The translations under genes and the position numbers were made by a program. DNA of 64,000 bases from positions 352,001 through 416,000 of the forward strand of contig CAWGMQ010000003.1 in NCBI GenBank assembly GCA_963823665.1, given 5' to 3'. Positions 31,019-44,073 of this stretch are shown in pieces (within the stretch, counting starts at the first letter, position 1; every line of letters begins with the position of its first letter). The stretch comes from an uncultured Planctomycetota bacterium (GTDB taxonomy: Bacteria > Planctomycetota > Planctomycetia > Isosphaerales > Isosphaeraceae). The notes below the pieces were generated by a model. The model was not told where the DNA came from. It searched no databases and saw only the letters and a program-made list of their open reading frames with translations.

Positions 31019-34000
31019 GTGTTTTCTCGCTTCTTCATTGACCGTCCGATCTTCGCGACGGTGCTGTCGATCGCGATCACGCTCGCGCGGCGCGATCGCG
31101 CTCTTATCGCTGCCGATCGCGATGTATCCGCCGATTGCGCCCCCGACGGTGAACGTGACTTGCCAGTATCCGGGGGCGAGCGCGCAGGTTGTCTCCGAGA
31201 CGATTGCCGCGCCGATCGAGCAGCAGGTCAACGGCGTCGAGAACATGATGTACATGTCGTCGCAGTGCACCAACGACGGCAGCTACTACGCTGACGGTGA
31301 CGTTCCGGAACACGGTCGACTTGAACCTGGCGCAGGTGCTGGTGCAGAACCGCGTGGCGCTTGCGATACCGAATCTGCCGGACGTGATCAAGGCGACCGG
31401 GGTGATGACCAAGAAGCAGGCGCCCGACATTCTGCTGGCGATCGGCATCTATTCACCGGACGGGCGGTACGACCAGCTTTACCTGTCGAACTACGCGACG
31501 ATCCAGCTCCAGCCCGTGCTTTCCCGGCTGCCGGGCATCAGCGACGTGAGGATGTTCGGCCAGCGCGATTACAGCATGCGGATCTGGCTGGACCCCGACA
31601 AGCTGGCGGCGAGAAGCATGACGGCCAGCGACGTGGTGATGGCGCTGCGGGAGCAGAACCTCCAGGTCGCGGCCGGCCAGATCGGGCAGTCGCCGACGAT
31701 CAAGGGGCAGCAGACCCAGATCACTCTGACCACGCTGGGACGGCTGAGCGAGATCAAGGATTTCGAGAACGTGATCGTGAAGAGCACGCCCGCGGGGGAG
31801 ATCGTCCGCGTGCGTGATGTGGGGTCGGTCAAGCTGGGAGCCAAGAACGAGGATGTGAGCAGCAGGGTCGACGGGCATCCGATCTCGAACCTCGCCGTCT
31901 TTCAGTTGCCCGACGCCAATGCCCTGGAGACTGCCGACATCGTCAAGGCGAAGATCGAGGAGCTCAAGAAAGCAGTTTCCGCCCGGCGTCGACTACATGA
32001 TCCGATACGACACGACGCCGTTCATCCGCGAGTCGATCAACGAGGTGTTCAAGACGCTGCTCGACTCGGTGGTTCTGGTCGCGCTCGTGGTGCTCGTGTT
32101 CCTGCAGAACTGGCGGTCGTCGATCATTCCGCTGATCGCGGTGCCGGTCGGCATCGTGGGCACGTTCGCGCGTGATGCTGGTGATGGGTTTTTCGCTGAA
32201 CAACCTGACGCTCTTCGGGCTGGTGCTGGCGATCGGCATCGTGGTGGACGACGCGATCGTGGTGGTCGAATCGGTCGAGCACCACATCGAGCACGGCCTC
32301 AAACCGCGGGCCGCCACGATCAAGGCGATGAGCGAGGTCTCGGCGCCGGTGATCGCGGTGGGGCTGGTGCTCTCGTCGGTCTTCATTCCCTGCGCGTTCA
32401 TCTCGGGGATCACCGGGCAGTTCTTCCGGCAGTTCGCCCTGACGATTGCGTCGTCGACGGTGATCTCGACATTCAACTCGCTGACGCTCTCCCCTGCTCT
32501 GGCGGCGATGCTGCTGAAGCCGCGCCGCAAGGGGCACTACGAAGCCCTGCCCTGGCCCGCGTTTCTGATCATCGGGGCGTGGGCCGGTTTCAAGTATCTG
32601 GGGCCGCTGACCGCCGCGCATTTGAAGGCGAGCGAGCGCTCGCGCCGGCGGCTCGCCGCTGGCGACCATGGTCGACCTGGCGCGGAGTGTCGGGCTCGCG
32701 CCCGAGACGGCCGCGCTCCTGGCCGCCGTGCTCGCGGGAGCCGTGGCCCTGTTATGCGTGGCGAAGCCGGTCAACATGGTCTGCGGAGTGGGGTTTGAGC
32801 TTTTCAATCGCGGTTTTCAGGCCACGGCGAGCGGCTACGCGAGGTTTGTCGGAGGGATGCTGCGGGTGTTCGTGCTGGTGCTGTTTCTGTACGGCGGCGT
32901 GCTGGGGCTGACGTACTGGGGCTTCCAGAACACACCGCGCGGCTTCATCCCGTCGCAGGACATGGGTTACCTGCTGGTGAACATCCAGCTTCCCGACTCG
33001 GCCTCGCTCGAGCGCACCCAGAACGTGATCGTGAAGATGGAGGAGATCGCCCACAAGATCAAGGGCGTCGACGCGACGGTGGGCATCGCCGGGCAGTCGC
33101 TGCTCATGAACGCCTACGGGTCCAATTTCGGCACGATGTTCATGACGCTGAAGCCATTTGACGAGCGCACGACGCCGGAGACCTATTACGAGGCGATCGC
33201 CAACCAGTTGCGGCGGCAGATTCCGCGCGCGGTGACCGATGCCGAGGTCGCGGTCTTCGGGCCGCCGCCGGTGCGGGGCGTCGGCCGGGCCGGCGGCTTC
33301 ATGATCATGATCGAAGACCGCGGCGACCTGGGTCCGCAGGCGCTCCAGGAATACACCGACGCGATCGTCAGAGCGGCCAACAACCCGCTAAAACGCCCGG
33401 AGCTGAGGGGAAACACGTCGGTCTTCCGGGCCAACGTCCCGCAGATCTTCCTCGACGTCGACCGGACGGCGTGCATGCTCAAGGGGGTGGATCTTCAGGA
33501 TGCGTTCACGACGCTGCAGGTCTATCTCGGCTCGCTGTACGTCAACGATTTCAATCTCTTCGGCCGCACCTGGCAGGTGATCGCGCAGTCCGAGGCCAAG
33601 TACCGCGACCGGAAGGACGACATCAACCGGCTGCGGGTGCGGAACACGAGCGGAACGATGGTGCCCTTGGGCTCGGTGGCCACGGTCACGGAGATCGACG
33701 GGCCGCTGGTGCTGACGCGGTACAACATGTCCCCGGCGGCGTCGATCAACGGCAACGCCGCGCCCGGGATCAGCTCGGGCCGGGCGATCGAGGTGATGGA
33801 GCAGATCGCCAACGAAGAGCTGCCCAAGTCGATGTCATTCGAATGGACCGAGCTGGCCTACCTCGAGCTCGAGGCGGGCAACACGGCGATGCTCGTCTTC
33901 GCGTTCTCGATCGTGATGGTCTTCCTGGTCCTGGCGGCTCAGTTCGAGAGCTGGTCGATGCCGCTGGCGGTGATCCTGTCGGTGCCGCTTTGCGTCTCGA

Positions 34001-34473
34001 GCGCGCTGGTGGGCCTTAATTTTGGGAAGATCATCCAGGCGCTGCCCCCGGTGCACAAGCTTCTCTCCGCGATCGACATGGTGCCGGCGGCCATGGAGAT
34101 CAACATCTTCACGCAGATCGGCCTGGTGGTGCTGGTGGGGCTGGCGAGCAAGAACGCGATCTTGATCGTCGAGTTCGCCAAGGTGATCCACCGCTCGGGC
34201 AAGCCGATCCGGGAAGCGACGCTGGAATCATGCCGGCTGCGGCTGCGGCCGATCATCATGACCTCGATGGCGTTCATCCTGGGCGTGCTGCCGCTCTTGA
34301 ACGCCCACGGCGCCGGCGCGGAGATGCGGAAGGCGCTGGGCATGGCGGTTTTCTCGGGCATGCTGGGCGTGACGCTCTTCGGCGTGCTGGTGACGCCGGT
34401 CTTCTTCTACCTGATCGACACGGTGAGCGAGTCGTCGCTGTTCGGCTCGCCGCGGGTGCGGCGGATCGGCTAG
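31019..34473 (+). CDS. HAE1-family RND efflux permease 1 (several frameshifts)
   Basis: [49 protein letters not shown]. Confidence 0.92.
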
Positions 34474-34617
34474 ATCGTCCTGGGAATCGTGACGCTCTCG
34501 TACCTGTGGCGGCCGTCGCGCTGGCAGTCGCCTGCGCAGTGGCGGCAAGGCTCTCGCCGGGCGGGCACTCGAGACGCGAAGTCTCCCGGTCAACAGAAAG
34601 GGAAGTGAGGACAATCC

Positions 34618-37600
34618 GTGTTTTCGCGTTTCTTCATCGACCGGCCGATCTTCGCCTCGGTGCTCTCGATCATGATCACGCTGGCCGGCGCGATCACGCT
34701 CACCAACCTGCCGGTGGCCCAGTACCCGGAGATCACGCCGCCGACGGTCGAGGTCTCGGCCTACTATCCCGGGGCGAATGCCCAGGTGGTCGCCGATACG
34801 GTCGCCGCGCCGATCGAGCAGCAGGTCAACGGCGTCGAGAACATGATGTACATGTCGTCGCAGTGCACGAACGACGGCACGTACACGCTCACGGTCACGT
34901 TCAAGCCGGGCGTCGACCTGAACATGGCCCAGGTGCTGGTGCAGAACCGCGAGTCGCTGGCCGAGCCGATCCTGCCGGACCTGGTCAAGCGGCGCGGCGT
35001 GTCGGTGAAGAAGAAGTCGCCCAGCATCCTGATGATCATCAACGTCTTCTCGCCGGACAAGAGCCGGGACAACCTGTACCTGAGCAATTACGCGACGATC
35101 CAGCTTCGCGACGTGCTGGGCCGGCTCGACGGCGTGGGCGACATCACCTACATCGGCCAGCGCAACTACAGCATGCGGGTCTGGCTCGACCCTCAGAAGA
35201 TGTCGTTCCGCAACCTGACTTCCTCGGACGTGGTCACGGCGATCACGGAGCAGAACGTGCAGGTCGCCGCCGGCCAGATCGGCCAGCCGCCGGTGAATAC
35301 CGGGCCAGTCGTTTCAGTTCACGATCACGGCGCTCGGGCGGCTGTCGAAGACCGAGGAATTCGAGGACATGATCTTGAAGACCGACGCGCAGGGCGGCGT
35401 CGTTCGCATGCGCGACGTGGCCAAGGTCGAGCTGGGGGCGCAGGGCTACGACCAGGCGTGCACGCTGGACGGGCAGCCGTCGGTGGCGCTCTCGGTCTAT
35501 CAGCGGCCCGGGTCCAACGCGCTGGCAACCGCCGAGCTGGTCAAGGACAAGATGAAGGAGCTGAAGGAGCGGTTCCCCGACGGGCTCGATTACTCGATCG
35601 TCTACGACACGACGCCGTTCATCACGGAGTCGGTGAACGAGGTGTTCAAGACCTTGCGCGACGCCGTGATCCTGGTCGCGTTCGTCGTGCTCTTGTTCCT
35701 GCAGAACTGGCGGTCGGCGCTCATTCCGCTGGTTGCCGTGCCGGTGGCGATCGTGGGCACATTTGCGGTCATGGCCGCGCTCGGGTTCTCGCTCAACAAC
35801 CTGACGCTCTTCGGGCTGGTGCTGGCCATCGGCATCGTGGTGGACGACGCGATCGTGGTGGTCGAGGCGGTCGAGCACCACATCGAGCTCGGGCCTATCG
35901 CCGCGCGACGCGACGATCAAGGCGATGAGCCAGGTCTCGGCGCCGGTGATCGCGGTGGGGCTGGTGCTCACGGCGGTGTTCGTGCCCTGTGCATTCATCA
36001 CGGGCATCACCGGGCCAGTTCTACCGGCAGTTCGCCTTGACGATCGCCACGTCGACGGTGATCTCGGCGTTCAACTCGCTGACCTCTCACCGGCGCTTGC
36101 GGCACTGCTGCTTGCGGCCGCGCGTCAAAGGGGTGTTTCAGGCCCTGCCGTGGCCGGCGTTCGTGGCGGCCGGCGGCTGGGCGGGCTACTCGTTTCTGGG
36201 GCCGCGGCTTCTGGCAGCTTGCGCAAACAGCCGGACTCAAGCTCGAGACGCCGTGGTCTCGACCCAAGACCTGGCCGCGAGCCTGGTCGGGGTGAGCATC
36301 GGGGCGGCGGCCGGCTTCGTGGTCAGCGGGGTGCTCAACCGCGTCTTCGGCTGGACGTTCTACCTGTTCAACAAGGCGTTCGACGCGACCACGGCGCTTT
36401 ACACGAAGATGGTCGCCGGGCTGCTGCGCGTCAGCGTCCTGGTGCTGCTGATCTACGGCGGTCTGCTGGGGCTGACGTACTGGAGCTTCACCCGGACGCC
36501 GACGGGCTTCATCCCCGCGCAGGACAAGGGGTACCTGCTCGTCAACGTGCAGCTTCCCGACTCGTCGTCGCTGGAGCGGACGCAGCAGGTCATGACCAAC
36601 GTCGAGCGGCTCGCCGAGCAAGCTCGAGGGTGTCTCGCACACCATGGCGATCGCCGGCCAGTCGATCCTGATGAACGCCAACGCCCCCAACTTCGGCGCG
36701 ATGTACGTGATGCTCGACGAGTTTCACCATCGTGCCGGGCACGGACTTACCGGGCCCGATAATCGCCGCGGAGCTTCAGCACAAGCTCCAGGAGGAGATC
36801 AGGGACGGGCTGGTCAACGTCTTCGACGCGCCGCCGGTCGACGGGCTGGGAACCGCCGGCGGATTCAAGATCGTCATCCAGGACCGCGGCGACCTGGGGC
36901 CGAACGAAATCGAGGCGGTCGCCAACCGCATCGTCGAGGAATCGCGAACTCCGGCAAACTCGCAAATGCTTCACGGGCTCTTCACGAGCTTTCGGGCCAA
37001 CACGCCGTGGCTCTACCTCGACATCGACCGCGACAAGGCCAAGCTGGCGGGGGTTTCGATCGCCGAGCTGTTCAACACGCTGCAGGTCTACCTGGGGTCG
37101 CTGTACGTCAACGACTTCAACCGGTTCGGGCGCACCTGGCAGGTCAATGTGCAGGGTGAGGCCAACTTCCGCAAGCAGATCAACGACCTGACGGGACTGA
37201 GGGTGCGGAACGAGCGCGGGGGCGATGGTGCCGTTGGGATCGGTCGCCAAGATCCGCGACGTGAGCGGCCCGGTGATGATCATCCGGTACAACCTGTACC
37301 CGTCGGCGACGATCAACCTGAACCCCGCCCCGGGCGTCAGCTCGGGCCAGGCGATCGACGCGATGGAGCAGCTGGTCGAGCCCAAGCTGCCGCAGGCCAT
37401 GCGGTCGGAGTGGACCGAGCTGGCGCTCTTGCAGCAGCAGACCGGCTCGACGGCGATGTACGCGTTCACGCTGGCGGTCGTGCTGGTGTTCCTGGTGCTG
37501 GCGGCGCAGTACGAGAGCTGGTCGCTGCCCCTGGCGGTGATCCTGGTGGTGCCGATGTGCCTGCTTTGCTCGACCGTCGGCGTCAACATCGCCAAGATGG

Positions 37601-38110
37601 ATATCAACATCTTCACTCAGGTCGGGTTCATCGTGCTGGTGGGCCTGGCGTGCAAGAACGCGATCTTGATCGTCGAGTTCGCCAAGGCGCAGCGCGAGAG
37701 CGGCTCAACGCGCCAAGGCGGCGACGCTCGAGGCGTGCGAGCTGCGGCTGCGGCCGATCATGATGACGTCGCTGGCGTTCATCCTGGGCGTGGTTCCGCT
37801 GGTGTTCTCCGAGGGGGCGGGGGCCGAGATGCGGAAGACGCTGGGCACGGCCGTCTTCAGCGGCATGCTGGGCGTGACCCTGTTCGGGATCTTCCTGACC
37901 CCGGTGTTCTACTTCGTGATCCAGTGGGTCAGCGACATCCGGGCTGCGCGGCGAAAAGTTGAAGAAGTCGAGGACGATTCGCCTTCTGAGGAGAATGGCG
38001 ACGGCGAGCACTCGAGCTCCGAGCTGGTGGTGGTAGGCGCGCCGGCCCACGGCCACACGTCGGGCAACGGTGCGGTTCATGGCTCTTCGCACGGCGCGGC
38101 GGTGCACTGA
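34618..38110 (+). CDS. HAE1-family RND efflux permease 2 (several frameshifts)
   Basis: [48 protein letters not shown]; acidic and His-containing C-tail. Confidence 0.92.
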
Positions 38111-38292
38111 GGAACGGGTCGGAAACAACCTGCGCCGATTTACGTCAAGCGCGCCGCGGAGCGGCACAACCACCGTGCCGACGCGGAGCGTCGGAACGAG
38201 GGCTTTCGTTCGTGGTCGGGTGGATACCGAAATCGGGAACTTAGTTCCGGGCTGTTCCTGAATCCGGAGCGTGGGGAGCGAGCACACAAGAG

Positions 38293-38787
38293 ATGGCACA
38301 GAGCGCCTCCCCTGCCCTGCCGCGGCTGAATGTGATTCTTGTCGAGCCGGAGATTGCGGCCAACACGGGGGCGATCGGCAGAACCTGCGTGGCCGCGGGA
38401 GCGACGCTCTGGCTGGTGCGACCGCTGGGGTTTCACCTGGATGACCGGCATCTGAGAAGGGCGGCGCTTGATTACTGGGAGCATCTGGAGTTGCGCGTGG
38501 TCAATTCGCTGGACGAGGCCACGGACGCACTTGAGGCAGGGCGGTTGTGGTATTTCAGCACCAAGGCGACGCGAGCCTACACCGAGGCAAGATTTGGTGC
38601 CGGTGATGCATTGGTGTTCGGGCCGGAGACTCGAGGGCTTCCCGAACGGCTACTCTGCGACGCGGGCGATCGGGCTTTGAGGATTCCGATTCGGACGGAG
38701 GCGCGGAGTTTGAATCTCGCCAATGCGGTGGCGATCGGGGTGTTTGAGGCGGTGCGGCAGATTGCTCAATTCGGAGGGGGAGCGTGA
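38293..38787 (+). CDS. trmL: tRNA (cytidine/uridine-34 2'-O)-methyltransferase, SPOUT family
   Basis: EPEIAANTGAIGRTC, LRRAALDYW, VFGPETRGLP, RSLNLANAV. Confidence 0.93.
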   Translation: MAQSASPALPRLNVILVEPEIAANTGAIGRTCVAAGATLWLVRPLGFHLDDRHLRRAALDYWEHLELRVVNSLDEATDALEAGRLWYFSTKATRAYTEARFGAGDALVFGPETRGLPERLLCDAGDRALRIPIRTEARSLNLANAVAIGVFEAVRQIAQFGGGA

Positions 38788-38963
38788 GGAAGCGGGACCG
38801 AGGCGTCAACACCTCTGCGCCGGCGCACACATTCAGTGTGTTCGGTGGTGACCGCGCTCTTAGAGTGCGCGGCCAGGAAGCGGTATATTAGCAATTCAGA
38901 CATAAAGATTCGGTTTGACAAACTCGAGTTTTGGCGGGCAGTTCAGACGGTATTGGTTATCCC

Positions 38964-39575
38964 ATGAATAAAAACACGCTGGTCGTCGGCATCCTCCTCT
39001 TCCCCGGTTTCGAGGTGTCGGACGCGTTTGGCCCCGCAGAAGCGTTCGGCCCCGCCCGCTTTCCCGGTCAGAAGTTCGAGGACCCTGGGCCGAGGCCTTT
39101 CAAAGTCATCTACCTCGCCGAGACGCGCGACCCGGTCCCGTCGGGGAACGGTGGAGGCGCCAGAGTATTGCCAGACGCTGTGATGAACACCTCGCCTCGG
39201 CTGGACATCGTCCTGATTCCTGGTGGGCTGGGCATCCGGACACGGTACCAAAACCGGGCCCTAATCGATTGGATCCATGTGGAGAGTTCGCGGGCCCAAC
39301 TGATGACCTCGGTCTGCACCGGAGCGTGTTTGCTGGCTCGGACCGGACTGCTGCAGGGCCTCCGAGCAACAACCAACCACGCAGATTACGAGTGGGTCGT
39401 TCAGCACAGTCCCCAGGGCATCCAGTGGACGAAGGCACTCAGATGGGTGGACGAAGGGCGCTTCATCACCTCCGGCAGGGTCTCAGCGGGGACAGATATG
39501 GCCTGTTACGTGGTTGACCGGCTCTACGGCTCAGAAGTTGTCGAGGAGACAGTGCAAAGTATGGAGTACAACTGA
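38964..39575 (+). CDS. DJ-1/PfpI family protein
   Basis: IVLIPGGLG, SVCTGA nucleophile elbow, RWVDEGRFITSGRVSAGTDM. Confidence 0.9.
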   Translation: MNKNTLVVGILLFPGFEVSDAFGPAEAFGPARFPGQKFEDPGPRPFKVIYLAETRDPVPSGNGGGARVLPDAVMNTSPRLDIVLIPGGLGIRTRYQNRALIDWIHVESSRAQLMTSVCTGACLLARTGLLQGLRATTNHADYEWVVQHSPQGIQWTKALRWVDEGRFITSGRVSAGTDMACYVVDRLYGSEVVEETVQSMEYN

Positions 39576-39770
39576 GAGCGAGACCCTCACAAGCCGTGGG
39601 GATGGCGGGCTCTGTGAAGGCGACAGCGAGCGATTCGGCGCTTTCTGTTGCGCGACGGTTTTGTGATGGCGGCAGCCGGGACCGACCCCCCCTGGCCCCC
39701 CCTTCTTAAGGGGGGGAAGCTTCGCGCAGCATACGCAGAGGGAAATTGCCGCTCCTTATACTGCAAGTTT

Positions 39771-42700
39771 TCAACATCCCGCCCGAACGCCAGCGGCCAT
39801 CCGCGCAATCCGCGCCAGCTCGCGTCTGGGCCCCGGGTCGTTGGGCAGCAGGCGGACCGCTTGCTCACACGCGGCCCTCGCCTCCGTCAGCCGGTTGCCG
39901 TCGGTAAGGGCGTAGCTCAGGTTGAAAAAAGTCGGGCCGTAATTCGGCCGGTACCGTAGCGACTGGCGATACGCCGCCACAGCTTCCTCTCATGCCCAAA
40001 TTGATGCTCGAAAACTGGAATGCGCCGCTAGCCCCGTCGTCGAGCAGAGCCATGTACGCATCGCGGGCCTCGGCTAGCCGGCCCAGCTCTTGCAATGCAC
40101 CGGCCTCGCGGAACCGAAGCTCCACGTCGTGCGGCTGAAACTTCAGGCCCTGCCGGCAGGCCGCGAGGGCTTCCTCACGCCGCCCTTGCTGCATCTCGGC
40201 CAACGCCAACAACGCAAAGGCCTTCTTGACGTGGGAATTACTAGGCGGGGAGACCGCGAGGCTGCGGCGCAAGTAGTCAGCCGCATCCGCGGAGCGGTTC
40301 AGGTGAAGCTGCGTCATCCCCAAGTTGAAGAGCGTGAACGGGTGTTCGGGCCGCTCGGCCAGCTCAAGCAACAGCAGCCGCATATCGCGCTCGAGCTTCC
40401 TCGCCTGCCCGGCGGGGCTTCGATCGGACCCGGAATGAACGACGTGCAGCTTGGTCGCGGCGATGCCGCCGTTCATCCTGTTGATCGCAGTCAGAATCTG
40501 CTCGTGCATCCGCCCGTCAAACCGCAATTCCGGCAGATTGCGAAATAGCTTGACGTGATCAACCGCTTCCAAGCCCATCCCAGCCTGTTCCTCCTCCAGG
40601 GAACCCAGGCAATGCACTTGCATGACATAGGCAACGATGCTCGGATCATTCTGACGCTCGACAAGCTGTCTCAGCCCGTGGCCGCACTCGGCCGGGATCG
40701 TGTCGTCCGAATCCATCCAGAACAGCCAATCACCCGTCGCATGGCGCAGCGACTCGTTGCGGGCAGCGGAGAAATCATCGCACCACGGAAAGTGGTAAAG
40801 CTTGGCGCCGAACGATTCAACAATCCGTGGCGTCTCATCGACCGAGCCGGTATCGACGACGATCATCTCATCAACCCACGGCCGGATGCTCTCGAGGCAG
40901 GGACCAATCGTCCGGGCGTTATCTCGCACGATCATGCAAAGCGAAACCTTTGGCCGCGCCAAATCCAGCCGCAACCGCAGCCCGCCCTCGGGCGCGATGT
41001 CCACTGCGAACGGCCCCGGTCCGACCCGCGGCGAGCGTGTGACCCAGTTCATCGGCGACGGTTGGGCGTGCTCGCCGTTGCGGCCATTGCCGTTGGCCGA
41101 CCACTTAGCAATGAATCGTGCGTGATTCTCGCGCATGAGCGAACCGGCATCGACGCCGCTGCCCAAAAACGTCCGGCTCCCAAAATGGTGCACGAACGCG
41201 TCACCGGCGATCACAGCCTGAAACCCAGCCGCGATCGCCCGCAGGCAGTAATCATCATCCTCGAAGCACCCGAGCCCGAACTGCTCATCGAGCAACCCGA
41301 TCGCGTCGGTCACTTCCCGCTTGATCAACAAGCAGAACCCCACCAGTCGGCTCACGTCGACCGTCACGCCATTCTGACACTTGCCAAAATCCCAAGCAAA
41401 GCCATCCAGCTCGGCGATATTCTCGTACGCCACTTCGACCTGCTGCGGCCCGCTGACGAGATTCGACCGAGGCCCAACCAGCCCGACTCTGGAATCACCA
41501 CCCCGAAGCGCCCTCAGCATGCGCCCCAGCCAGCCCGTCGTCACCACCAAGTCGTTATTCAGAAGCAACACTTGCTTCCCGGCCGCGACGGCCATTCCCT
41601 GATTGGCCGCAGCCGGAAAGCCCCGGTTGCTATCATTCTCGATCAGCCGCACATCGCCCATCGCCCGCAGGTATTCGACGCTCCCATCGGTCGAGCCATT
41701 GTCGACGACGATGATCTCGTATGGCTCATCGGTCAGGAGCCGGATGCTATCCAGGCACTGTCGGGTAAACGTGATCTCGTTGTAAGTGACGATCACGATC
41801 GAGGTCAGCCCATACTCGGGCGCCGGCAACGGCTGCGCACGGATGAGAAACTGATACGTGTAGAATTCGTCGGCATCGCTTTGAGAGAGTCCAGCGATGG
41901 AAAGACTGCCGAGCTGGACCGCCCCATTCGCACCATGCCGCTGCGAGGGATCGTCACCCGGCCCGTTCACTGACCACATGCCGTCGATGGCAAACCCAGC
42001 GCGGTGAAACAGCTTCTCGATTTCGCGGCGAGTGAAGAATCGTAGATGGGTCCGATCGAGCAGCCCGGCTGATTCGTAGGTCCAGTTGCCTTGCAACAGT
42101 GATCGAACGATGCTGTGATGCCGCACGTTTGGAATGCTCGCGACGATACAGCCGTCAGGCGCAAGCCACTCGCGTATCCGTTTCAGCACCCGTGCCGGCT
42201 CGCGCAGGTGTTCGAGGACATCGGCGCAGACGATCGCATCGAACGATCCGGGTGGGATGTCGAGATCGAGCTCCTCGATATCCCCAGCCCACACGTGGTC
42301 AAGCCGCCCGCGCGCGGTAGTGGCGGCCTGGGCATCCAGCTCGATGCCCGAGACAGTTGCCGGCTGCCGCTGCTTGATCGCCTCGCCGAGCCGGCCCGCG
42401 CCGCAGCCAATGTCGAGCACGCGGCGTGCGGTCTGCGGCACGAGTGCGACGACTTCAGGGCGGGGATACCCAAAGTAGAACGGGTCGGGCGAGGCTTTCG
42501 ACTTCTGCGTGTGGGAGACCTCCGGTCCCGCGGACGGCGGGGTCGGGAGACCCGCGCCGAACGGAAGTGCCTCAGAACGGGGGTCAATGGCCTTCGCCGG
42601 CTCTTGGTGGATTCCGCTCCGCTCCACCCAACCTACAGCAACCGAACGCTTCAACAGCGTCTCCTCCGCCCGCCGCAGGATCGTCTCCATCCGATGCGCA

Positions 42701-43509
42701 TACGTGTGCTTCGCAATCGCCTCGGCTCGCCCCGCGGCCGCAATCCGTTCGCGCAACGCCTCCCGTTCAAGATAGAACCCCAGCTTATCAAGCAGGTCAC
42801 CGCCATCGCGGTAGGTCGCAAGATGCGCACCATCGCGGAAAAGCTCGTCCAGCCCGTTGTCGCTCAGGTCATTGGTCATGAGCAGTGAACCGCAGCCGAC
42901 TGCCTCGAAAACGCGCATATTCACGTCATTGCGGATGCTGCGATTAAACGCGATGCGAGCAGCCGAATAAGTGCGAGCCATGTCGTCGAAATAGGCCTGG
43001 CCGGCGAACGTGTTCTTGTAACGGCGCTGGATGAGAGTGAGCAAGTCGGCGCGTGGGCCAGGGAAGATATTCCCGACGAATGCGATGTCGAACTGCTTGG
43101 CCAGATCATCATGCTTGCGATGAACTCCAGGATCACATGCGAGCGGCAGCCACGAAGCCGATCGAACGCCGATACCGCGGAGTAAATCCACGCCGTCGCG
43201 CTGCGCAGCAAACACCAGGTCAAACCGCGGTGCCTTTTCGCGGCAGCGGTCGAAATCGACGTGGGTGTCGACGGCCCAGAATGCACTGGGCCTGCACCCG
43301 GGTGGTAGATGATAGCGCAGGCCGTCGTCGATGTTCAGATAGAGGTCGAATCCCGCGGTGGGTATGCGATCCAGCTCATGAGGTTGGAAGTGTTGAACCT
43401 CGACGTGGCGCTCGAGTGCGCGCTTGCAGTAGACGCCACTGGTTTCTGGTCGCAGGGTGGTGTCGAAAATGATGGCGATGCGTTGGATGTCCATGATCGT
43501 TAGCACCAC
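39771..43509 (-). CDS. Multidomain glycosyltransferase: CgeB-like GT-B + SAM methyltransferase + GT2 + GT2 + TPR (frameshift or deletion near 39985)
   Basis: WLPLACDP / DVNMRVFEA / HTYAHR; VLDIGCGAGRLG and DVLEHL; SIVIVTYN-DNGSTDGS-LLNND-FEDDDY; SLCMIVRD-DTGSVD-FSAARN-WMDSDD; C-terminal TPRs. Confidence 0.9.
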
Positions 43510-43710
43510 GGTTTGGAGGTGTAGGTTGCCAGCAATGAATCGGAGCTATAAACACGGATGGCGACGGATGGCGGCAGGGGAATCAAGCTCGTTCACGGAA
43601 TGTCGCGTCTCGTTCTCGCCGGCGCAAGCAGCGCTGGCCGAATCTCGCTCGCCCTCGCTCGCCCTCGCGAGCCGTGCGGCCGAACCTCGAACATGGGGAA
43701 GAAAACCTTG

Positions 43711-43823
43711 AACAGAAGATCGCAAAGGGCGCGAAGATCGGAGAAAAGCCGAGGGGAGACGAGGGCCGCCAACCGATCGGGCTCGGTATTGTGCACTCTT
43801 CGCGTCCTTGGCGTCCTTCTGTT
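43711..43823. repeat. Inverted REP-like pair
   Basis: AACAGAAGATCGCAAAGGGCGCGAAG (43711-43736) matches the reverse complement of 43798-43823 at 22 of 26 positions. Confidence 0.7.
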
Positions 43824-44073
43824 AGAAAATGGAATTCGGTTTTCCAGGTTGTCGCCCCGTTGAGCGCGCTCGGTGCGCTCGAAAGACTCATTGAATCACG
43901 AGTCGAACTCTCACCAATTCAGAGCACGTGTGTGTTTTCGCCCTCCGGAATCGCTGTCCATCATATGAGTCGGTCAATTCCAACTCTTCACCGCCCAGTG
44001 CGAGGCTCCCGCCGAGCTGTGCTGGCACTCGACTCACCAAAAATCAGTGCTTCTCAGAATCGCGAAACTCGAT

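Noticed and set aside
34471..34608. In-frame TAG at the end of RND permease 1 followed by IVLGIVTLSYLW, suggesting readthrough or pyrrolysine
   Set aside because: Single case in the most error-rich region, with no pyl genes seen; a base error or a true stop is more likely
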